Origin: a virus | Lineage: Duplodnaviria; Caudoviricetes | IMG/VR virus record: IMGVR_UViG_3300048839_001022 | Span: 1 to 36,593 of that record | Reading direction: 5' to 3' (one strand) | DNA length: 36,593 nt | Shown here: positions 9,109-15,438 of the stretch, piece by piece | Layout: each line of letters begins with the position of its first letter | Numbering within the stretch: position 1 is the first letter of the stretch | Position numbers and translations under genes: made by a program | The notes under the pieces: generated by a model | Told to the model about the DNA's origin: nothing | What the model saw: only the letters and a program-made list of their open reading frames with translations | Databases searched by the model: none

Positions 9109-10305
9109 TCACATAACCCCTTCATCATATATAGACTTCTTGTGCTGAATAAGAGAATTTAGCGCATACCTAACAGCGTCAATTCCGTGATCGAAGTCGT
9201 CGATCACAATAGGCAATACTTCATTTGTTCGCTTATCAACTTTAAAAGAAAACCGCTTAAACTCTTCTATTATATTTTTGCATGAAGGATGTATTATAAC
9301 TTTTGAAAACCCTTTTATGTACTCGATACCATCAATATTTGAGTTTGTCCACTTTTTAGCTGATTCAATATTCCAACCTTCATTTTTCAGGTAAGAAATA
9401 GTCTCTGGCCTAGCGCAATCAGCTTTTATTTTATAATACTCATTTGCTATGACTTTTCTTATTAACTTCCCAAGATCATTAATCTCAACATGATAACCAT
9501 ACGCTTCAGCATCTATATAAAGATTTTTATCTCTTATGAAACATCTAATCACAGTTGATGGATCGTTGGCAAAACCAAAGTCCATACCATGATAAAATGC
9601 TTCAACGCCCTCAGAGCTAAACTCCTCCACCACGAATTTACCTTTGAAGACTTGGGCGTCTGAAACTGTCCTTAGCTCTCCTTCCCAAACGTGAAGATAT
9701 TTTTCAAAGTCTGTCGCTCTCAAGTGAAGCCGTTCTTTTTCGAGAATCTCAGGAAAATAGTCATTGTCGTTATAATTCACCTTGACGACTAATGCATTAT
9801 GTTGACCTTTGACAATAAACATTTGATAGACTGGATCATCCTCATTGGTAGGGTTGAATGTGATGATTAGTTTACTGCCTGGCTTTCGAATTGTGGGTAT
9901 GAGAATATCCCAAGAGGATTGAGATACTTTATCAGCTTCTTCAATCCATACGATATCGACACCCTCGGTTGACTTTACCGATTCAATGTTATGAGCGAGC
10001 CCTTTGAAAATAAAAACAGACTTATTGAATTTGCACTCAATAGAAGCTATTTTTATTGAAAAATACCTTTGGAGACCGTAGAAATAAATGATCTCTTTGA
10101 GCAGCGTATAAACTGATTCTGTAATTGAGTTTTGAAGCTCCCTTGCACACAGTATTTTCGTTGTTTTTGAAAGTGCTGTATAGACTAAAAATCTTGCAAT
10201 AGAATGAGATTTACCGCTACCACGTCCACCGTAGTAAACATAGTAACGATAATCATCAAAAAGATCGTCGAATATTTCAGGCACGACTATTTCAATGTTA
10301 CTCAT
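9109..10305 (-). CDS. terL: terminase large subunit, PBSX family
   Basis: YGGRGSGKS Walker A, VWIEEA Walker B, TFNP, GMDFGFANDP and DHGIDAVRY nuclease motifs. Confidence 0.95.
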   Translation of the reverse strand: MSNIEIVVPEIFDDLFDDYRYYVYYGGRGSGKSHSIARFLVYTALSKTTKILCARELQNSITESVYTLLKEIIYFYGLQRYFSIKIASIECKFNKSVFIFKGLAHNIESVKSTEGVDIVWIEEADKVSQSSWDILIPTIRKPGSKLIITFNPTNEDDPVYQMFIVKGQHNALVVKVNYNDNDYFPEILEKERLHLRATDFEKYLHVWEGELRTVSDAQVFKGKFVVEEFSSEGVEAFYHGMDFGFANDPSTVIRCFIRDKNLYIDAEAYGYHVEINDLGKLIRKVIANEYYKIKADCARPETISYLKNEGWNIESAKKWTNSNIDGIEYIKGFSKVIIHPSCKNIIEEFKRFSFKVDKRTNEVLPIVIDDFDHGIDAVRYALNSLIQHKKSIYDEGVM

Positions 10306-10676
10306 TTATCTGCTTTTTTATCTGCTCGCCTTGCTGCGAATGTCACTACTGGAATAGTAGAATCTTGGCTTTGCGTGTCTGTCGTTATTTTATCAGACCA
10401 ACCGAGAATGTTTTTTAGCGCAAAAATAAGGACAGCTGTATTGCCCTCATCAATTTTCTGCCATGTTTTTCTTCTTAGACTAATCTTGCCTTTTGCCGCC
10501 TTTTGTCGCCATAGATCCGCAAAACCCTTTTTTTTCTCAGTTACGCATCGCCTTTCAATTGTATCCTCAGAGACATTAAAAAAACTTGCTATTTCTTCTA
10601 GCGTACAATGCATAGCGCAAAGTTTATCAAATTGATTCCAATCAATGGGAATTTTAGGTCTACCAATTTTAGACAT
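10302..10676 (-). CDS. terS: terminase small subunit (HTH)
   Basis: GRPK, TLEEIASFFNVSEDTIER helix-turn-helix, LIFALKNILGW; ATGA-coupled to terL; SD GAGGAG. Confidence 0.75.
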   Translation of the reverse strand: MSKIGRPKIPIDWNQFDKLCAMHCTLEEIASFFNVSEDTIERRCVTEKKKGFADLWRQKAAKGKISLRRKTWQKIDEGNTAVLIFALKNILGWSDKITTDTQSQDSTIPVVTFAARRADKKADK

Positions 10677-11394
10677 ATGACTCCTCAATTACATCATTTC
10701 TATTTGTATTTTGATTTTTTGATTGGAGCGTATCGGTCAGACTTGCACTGCCTTCTGCTGCTTGGAAAGCAACCACTTCACTATCAAAGCTTGATACGCG
10801 TTTTGGATAGGGCTTTGCCAATTTCAATATCTTTGTTTTTATATCATCTGTCAATGGCATTAAATATATATGTTTTTTAGTAGGTTTCCTAGTTTTTATA
10901 TTGTTTTTTTGTGCAAATTTAAAACCTGCTTGCCCAAATTTAGCACCTACACTTCTATGGTGTGTCCATTTACCATTGATATAATATTCAAGTGTTCCAC
11001 CAATTTGAGATAATCCAATATATATCCAATTTGTAGCCTGATATATTCCACCATGATGGTTTTGCCTTGGATCTGCAAAACTTACAATAATCTTTAATCC
11101 TTCACATTTTTTTTTCAAATATTTTATCGCTATACTTAAAATTTTAGATACATGATTTTTATGCTTGTTCAAAGCAATTCTAGTTAATTCACATCCTTCT
11201 ATAGTTGTTAATCCATATGGGGTTAACAAATTATTGCAAGCACCCCTAGAAAACAATACCACCCCTATAAACTTATTTTCCTCCCAAACGCCTATTTTAA
11301 CAATTTTCCCTGCTGGCATACATTTGCTATAATGCCAATTTTCACAAGCATACTTTGCAGCTTCATGCGTTGCCCAATCGATCTTAAGAGTCAT
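10669..11394 (-). CDS. mom: Mom-family (GNAT-like) DNA adenine modification protein
   Basis: ENWHYS, GVWE..FIGVVLF, ELTRIAL, VSFADPRQNHHGGIYQATNWIYIG, KPYPK; ATG 11394 ATGA-coupled to the ParB-like gene. Confidence 0.8.
   Translation of the reverse strand: MTLKIDWATHEAAKYACENWHYSKCMPAGKIVKIGVWEENKFIGVVLFSRGACNNLLTPYGLTTIEGCELTRIALNKHKNHVSKILSIAIKYLKKKCEGLKIIVSFADPRQNHHGGIYQATNWIYIGLSQIGGTLEYYINGKWTHHRSVGAKFGQAGFKFAQKNNIKTRKPTKKHIYLMPLTDDIKTKILKLAKPYPKRVSSFDSEVVAFQAAEGSASLTDTLQSKNQNTNRNDVIEESYV
10724..10799 (-). tRNA. non-canonical tRNA-Gly(TCC)-like RNA embedded in the mom coding sequence
   Basis: GCGTATC/GATACGC acceptor stem, T discriminator, CCA; D stem GCTT/AAGT; anticodon stem GTTGC/GCAGC with loop TT-TCC-AA; T stem GGCAG/CTG(A)CC with loop TGCAAGT; exactly 76 nt. 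Confidence 0.82.
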
Positions 11395-11861
11395 ATTTCT
11401 AACCCACAATGTGGACATATTTTTTTCTGTTTTTCATCAAGTTTCCCTTGATCATCTTCTGTACCTGGATCGAAGTCTTTATCATCTAAACTAAAATCAC
11501 AAAAACCAATATCCCCGATATCAAAGTCCTGCTTGTCAAGCCAATCAAGCTGCTCTTTAAGGATATCATCGTCCCACTCTGCAAGCTCGGAAGTTTTGTT
11601 GTCAGCCAGCGCAAAGGCCATTTTACCTAGCTCATCAAGCTCAGTTACCACAGCATTGATATGCGTCCAGCCGAGTTGTTTTGCAGCTTCCAGAGTGCCA
11701 TTACCAGCTATCACAACATTTTTTGAATCGATCACAATAGGTTTTTGTTGCTTGAATTTAGCGAGCGAGCCCTTGATTGCCTTTAAATTTTTATCGCTGT
11801 GCTTCCGAGCGTTGTTCGGATCAGCTGCAAGCTTTGATATTTCTACCTTAATAACGTTCAT
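11391..11861 (-). CDS. ParB/Srx N-terminal domain protein with C-terminal CPxCG
   Basis: DPNNARKH, PIVID...VIAGNGTLEAAK, ALADNKTSELAEWD, CPHCG; likely start 11861 after SD GAGAGGA. Confidence 0.85.
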   Translation of the reverse strand: MNVIKVEISKLAADPNNARKHSDKNLKAIKGSLAKFKQQKPIVIDSKNVVIAGNGTLEAAKQLGWTHINAVVTELDELGKMAFALADNKTSELAEWDDDILKEQLDWLDKQDFDIGDIGFCDFSLDDKDFDPGTEDDQGKLDEKQKKICPHCGLEI

Positions 11862-11890
11862 ATCATTCCTCTCTTTGCCCATGTCTTTTT

Positions 11891-11947
11891 ATTATACATC
11901 ATTTATGCCACGTTATATTATTAAACCAATTATAACAACACATTATA
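11891..11947 (-). promoter_or_regulatory. candidate sigma70-type promoter(s) for the packaging/head operon
   Basis: Three TATAAT hexamers on the minus strand in an AT-rich intergenic gap, one as extended -10 TGTTATAAT. Confidence 0.45.
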
Positions 11948-11994
11948 AAATAAATTTAAGTTTTTGTGGAAAATTGCCGATATGTTATTTACAA

Positions 11995-12022
11995 TTGGCA
12001 AGTGTCAATTGACAGGTGTCAA
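11995..12022. promoter_or_regulatory. tandem palindromic operator pair TTG(A/G)CA-N2-TGTCAA
   Basis: TTGGCAAGTGTCAA followed directly by TTGACAGGTGTCAA at the divergent junction. Confidence 0.55.
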
Positions 12023-12051
12023 GGGCCAACAACAAACGAAAGGGCTACAAA

Positions 12052-12222
12052 ATGAAAACATTCAAAGTAACAATCAAAATTCAAGGTCTTATGGGCACAA
12101 CAGAGAGAACCCATGAAATAAAGGCTAAAACTTTGGCATCAGCTCAGAAAAAAGCATTTGCGATCATTGGCAATCAAACAGGTGAAATAATCTCAATCAT
12201 ACAGTCAGGTATTCGTAAATAA
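12052..12222 (+). CDS. small early hypothetical protein
   Basis: ATG 12052 after ACGAAAGGG; MKTFKVTIK..., 56 aa. Confidence 0.65.
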   Translation: MKTFKVTIKIQGLMGTTERTHEIKAKTLASAQKKAFAIIGNQTGEIISIIQSGIRK

Positions 12223-12255
12223 TCACATGGTATCAATAATCACATGGTATCAATA
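12218..12255 (+). repeat. 17-bp perfect tandem duplication AATAATCACATGGTATC (x2 plus AATA)
   Basis: Seen directly. Confidence 0.85.
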
Positions 12256-12277
12256 CACAATAACAGACTGAAGGAAT

Positions 12278-12457
12278 ATGAACATGAAAAACAATAGAAG
12301 CTACAAAAACCACGGTTTTAGGTACATCACAAGAAAAAGTATTTTTTCAGTAGCGATAGTAGTTGACGGTGAAAGAGTTACCGCATGGCATAGGACTTTC
12401 TCAGAAGCATCAGCAGAATTTAGATCTCAGATTGACGACATAACTTCTCACCTATAA
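12278..12457 (+). CDS. small hypothetical protein (59 aa, below ORF-track cutoff)
   Basis: SD AAGGA; MNMKNNRSYKNHGFRYITRK...SHL*. Confidence 0.55.
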   Translation: MNMKNNRSYKNHGFRYITRKSIFSVAIVVDGERVTAWHRTFSEASAEFRSQIDDITSHL

Positions 12458-12498
12458 CTTACTAAAGTTTTAATTGCGATCATAAAAGGATTATTGAG

Positions 12499-12606
12499 AT
12501 GACTAAAAAAACATGCTTTATAAAAAACGGAAAAGGTGAAATTACAGGAAAAATAAATCTTTACTACAGCAAACAATTAGGTTGGGTATCATTACCCAAA
12601 AAATAA
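12499..12606 (+). CDS. small hypothetical protein (35 aa)
   Basis: SD AAAGGA; MTKKTCFIKNGKGEITGK...LPKK*. Confidence 0.45.
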   Translation: MTKKTCFIKNGKGEITGKINLYYSKQLGWVSLPKK

Positions 12607-12680
12607 AAGAGGATTTAGGTGCTCGCTAATAACTGTCGAGCATAACTATACAACAACAAACCAGAATTGAGAGCGTAAAA

Positions 12681-13190
12681 ATGAAAAAAATTATGGCAAA
12701 AAAACCGATGTTTGAAACACTGCTTTCAATTTTTAAAGCGCACGAAAAAAAGGCAATAAGAGATTATGCAAAAACGTTCCATGTCGCTGATGACTCAAAA
12801 ATAGTTTACTCGGATGGTTTCTTTATTCTTGTTGCTGACATACCGCACAAATTCGCACGAAACGGAACCTACAATATTGACGGGAGTCCCTCATCATTAC
12901 GTTATCCAAATTATCACTCGATCCTTCCCTGTGATCAAAAAAAGGTTTATGAGGCGAATGCTCTTTTAAAAATCGCTCGGCTTGTTGCACCGTCCACAAG
13001 AAAAACTGTCTTTATCAATCGATTTGGAGCCATTGAAAACTATGATGAGAAATATAATTGCAATCTTTCACATGCTGTCATTGCTGCAAAACTTGATTGC
13101 GAAGCTTGCAAAGAAACAAATGACGGGTTTTTTATATTTGAGAGCGAAACAATAAAACTTTTATCGGCTGGAGTATCGACAAAAAAATGA
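12681..13190 (+). CDS. hypothetical early protein
   Basis: 169-aa ORF in the early cluster; no family recognised with confidence. Confidence 0.65.
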   Translation: MKKIMAKKPMFETLLSIFKAHEKKAIRDYAKTFHVADDSKIVYSDGFFILVADIPHKFARNGTYNIDGSPSSLRYPNYHSILPCDQKKVYEANALLKIARLVAPSTRKTVFINRFGAIENYDEKYNCNLSHAVIAAKLDCEACKETNDGFFIFESETIKLLSAGVSTKK

Positions 13191-13360
13191 TTACCCAAAA
13201 CTATGGAACTGCAATTTTAATAATAATCGGTTTTTTAACAATTCAATTTGGTGTCCCCATGTGTGTGAATAAATTCGCACCTGATGACGATATTCAACAA
13301 CAACGAAAGGAACTAAAAAATGAACTACACGACCAAACAAGAGGAATTAATCAAGAGTAA
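13187..13360 (+). CDS. small membrane protein (57 aa)
   Basis: ATGA-coupled; hydrophobic AILIIIGFLTIQFGVPM segment. Confidence 0.45.
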   Translation: MITQNYGTAILIIIGFLTIQFGVPMCVNKFAPDDDIQQQRKELKNELHDQTRGINQE

Positions 13361-13445
13361 TTGCGATCCATGCTCTGAGAGTGAGTTGCATGAAAAATTG
13401 TTTCATTTCTCCCCAAGCTTGGGTGGGAGTTGCAAGAGAGATTAA
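13320..13445 (+). CDS. small hypothetical protein (41 aa)
   Basis: Strong leader CAACAACAACGAAAGGA; MNYTTKQEELIK... Confidence 0.45.
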   Translation: MNYTTKQEELIKSNCDPCSESELHEKLFHFSPSLGGSCKRD

Positions 13446-13480
13446 GGAAAAATTCGAAACATACAACAAGGATAAATGAC

Positions 13481-13663
13481 ATGAAGATTGCACTTAAAAA
13501 CAATGGCACAAATCGCTTCACCGTGTACGAGATTAAAGACGATGATACTCGGGTATGCCTTGGGCAATATGCGGGTTCCATTGCCACCGTAAGACGCCTT
13601 GTATCGACCAAGCATGGTTGTCACGTCGATGTTATCCGCTTCAATTCGAAAGGATGGTATTAA
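13481..13663 (+). CDS. small hypothetical protein
   Basis: SD AAGGA, ATG 13481; MKIALKNNG... Confidence 0.6.
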   Translation: MKIALKNNGTNRFTVYEIKDDDTRVCLGQYAGSIATVRRLVSTKHGCHVDVIRFNSKGWY

Positions 13664-13664
13664 G

Positions 13665-13868
13665 ATGAAAAAAACCGTTTTAAAGTTGTATGAAAAATTG
13701 GCGTATGGTCGGGTGTTGATTTGTTGCGAAAACGAAACCGATCAAAAAAACATCCACACCTTGACGGGCAAAAAAACTCTCTCACTTGCCGATGTTCAAG
13801 CATTGGAAGAGCTTGGCGTTACAATCGAATGGAAAAAAATGAGGTCAACACCATGCCCGACAAAATAA
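13665..13868 (+). CDS. small hypothetical phage protein
   Basis: YGR...LTGKKTL...ALEELGVTI pattern; closely packed with neighbours. Confidence 0.6.
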   Translation: MKKTVLKLYEKLAYGRVLICCENETDQKNIHTLTGKKTLSLADVQALEELGVTIEWKKMRSTPCPTK

Positions 13869-14050
13869 TATTGCGCTTGGAACGCAATGAAACAGAATAT
13901 TGGGAGCTTGTGGCGTATTCAATTTATGGAAGAGACATTTTGAAAAATCATGGCGAATTCCGGGAACGAAAAGACGCCATTTCCTATGCCTATACTTTTT
14001 TGCTTGATGATGATTTCAAATTTTGTTTTGAGGAACCGCACCATGTCTGA
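13853..14050 (+). CDS. small hypothetical protein
   Basis: SD GAGG, ATG 13853; MPDKIILRLE... Confidence 0.55.
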   Translation: MPDKIILRLERNETEYWELVAYSIYGRDILKNHGEFRERKDAISYAYTFLLDDDFKFCFEEPHHV

Positions 14051-14108
14051 AAAATACCCGTATCACCAAAGACTTGATAAGACCTTTTCAAAAAAATTAA
14101 CAATTTAT

Positions 14109-15312
14109 CTCCGATGCCGTAAAACCCCGTTCTTCAGGACGGGGATATAAGGCATCCGCCTGAGCTTCTGTGAGAACAGAAGCGATTCTCTGGTTGTCTC
14201 TCTATACATTATAATATATACAACTGGGCAGGGAGAAGACAATGATTAAGACCTATAAATATCGAATCAAAGACGCATCAGCAGCTAAAAAGCTAAAGGC
14301 AGCGGCGAGAGCCGTAAACTTCGTGTGGAACTACTGCAACGAAATATCTATCTATGCGATCAAAAATAGATCAAAATTCCTGTCTGGATTCGACCTATCA
14401 AATCTGACAAAAGGAAGCTCAAAAGAGCTATTCCTTCACTCGCAGACGGTTCAGGCCATTTGTGAGGAATATGCAACCAGAAGACAAAAAGCCAAGAAAA
14501 TTAAACTTAGGTGGAGAGGAAAGCGATCCCTTGGGTGGATACCTTTCAAGAAAACAGGAATTAAAATCGTTGGCGATAGCGTGACATACTCTGGAAATAC
14601 GTTCAGACTTTTTCTATCAAGAGATATCCCTACTACAATCAAGACGGGATCTTTCAGCCAAGATGCAAGAGGACGGTGGTATTTCAATGTTGTGTGTGAA
14701 GTGGAGGAACATATTCGCTCGGCTGCTGGTGAAGTAGGGATTGATCTTGGTCTGAAGGATCTAGCAAATCTTTCAAATGGCCAAAAATTTAAGGCCAATA
14801 AATACTATCGTAAATACCAGCGCATCCTTGCCTTGTCGCAAAAAGATGGTAAGAAAAAGAGAGTGAAGGCAATCCACGCAAAGATTGCAAATAGCAGAAA
14901 AGATGAGATTCAAAAGATGAGTCATGAAGTAACAAGAGACTTCAGCCTCATCTGTGTGGGCGATGTATCGTCAGTCAAACTTGCAAAAACAAAGCTCGCC
15001 AAAAGCATCTATGATGCCTCTTGGTCGCAGCTCAAGTCCTGCCTCGAATATAAATCGATTGCGAGAGGCGGGATGTTAGTCATAGTGAATGAACACATGA
15101 CAACCCAAACCTGTTCCAACTGTCTGTCTACAGGCGTTGGCGCACCGAAAGGAGCGAAAGGGCTAGGGATAAGAGAGTGGGTGTGCAGCAGTTGCGGATC
15201 GACACACGACCGTGACACAAATGCGGCACTAAACATTCTCCGATTGGGAAGACAATCGCTGGGTCTAAAGTGATCTAGGAATCCCCTTCCTTCAGGGAGG
15301 GGAGGGCTTCAA
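14109..15312 (+). mobile_element. non-autonomous IS200/IS605-family (IS1341-like, tnpB-only) element
   Basis: Left-end hairpin CCCCGTTC-TTCA-GGACGGGG preceded by AAAA; right-end hairpin CCCCTTCC-TTCA-GGGAGGGG preceded by GAAT and ending TCAA; (T)TTAT target motif at 14104-14108; no tnpA. Confidence 0.88.
14242..15273 (+). CDS. tnpB: RNA-guided endonuclease TnpB
   Basis: KTYKYRI, VWNY, VGIDLGLK (RuvC-I), TTQTCSNC/WVCSSCG Zn finger, HDRDTNAALNI (RuvC-III). Confidence 0.95.
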   Translation: MIKTYKYRIKDASAAKKLKAAARAVNFVWNYCNEISIYAIKNRSKFLSGFDLSNLTKGSSKELFLHSQTVQAICEEYATRRQKAKKIKLRWRGKRSLGWIPFKKTGIKIVGDSVTYSGNTFRLFLSRDIPTTIKTGSFSQDARGRWYFNVVCEVEEHIRSAAGEVGIDLGLKDLANLSNGQKFKANKYYRKYQRILALSQKDGKKKRVKAIHAKIANSRKDEIQKMSHEVTRDFSLICVGDVSSVKLAKTKLAKSIYDASWSQLKSCLEYKSIARGGMLVIVNEHMTTQTCSNCLSTGVGAPKGAKGLGIREWVCSSCGSTHDRDTNAALNILRLGRQSLGLK

Positions 15313-15404
15313 TTAACGATCTACACAACCCTGCTCGTTATTCTTATCCTGTTTATTGCAAAGTTAATTTTTGCGAGTTGAACCCGTCCACTCTTAATGC
15401 AATG

Positions 15405-15436
15405 ATGACCTATCATTAATTTTAATGGGAGGTCAT
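15405..15436 (+). promoter_or_regulatory. hairpin sequestering the SD of the GH5 gene
   Basis: ATGACCT/AGGTCAT plus TCATTA/TAATGG stems cover GGGAGG. Confidence 0.5.
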
Positions 15437-15438
15437 TC

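Larger units (their letters stand above)
14043..15381 (+). pseudogene. 44-aa membrane-protein gene split by the IS element (14043-14108 joined to 15313-15381)
   Basis: Removing 14109-15312 gives in-frame MSEKYPYHQRLDKTFSKKLTIY-LTIYTTLLVILILFIAKLIFAS*; SD GAGGA. Confidence 0.7.

Noticed and set aside
11391-11861. ParB as evidence of plasmid partitioning
   Set aside because: Only the ParB/Srx N-domain, no parA, and coupled to a DNA-modification gene before terS, a common phage arrangement
14242-15273. TnpB as a nuclease-dead TldR-type repressor or a Cas12 with array
   Set aside because: RuvC-I/III Asp intact, alternative Glu present, both IS ends intact, and no CRISPR repeats nearby
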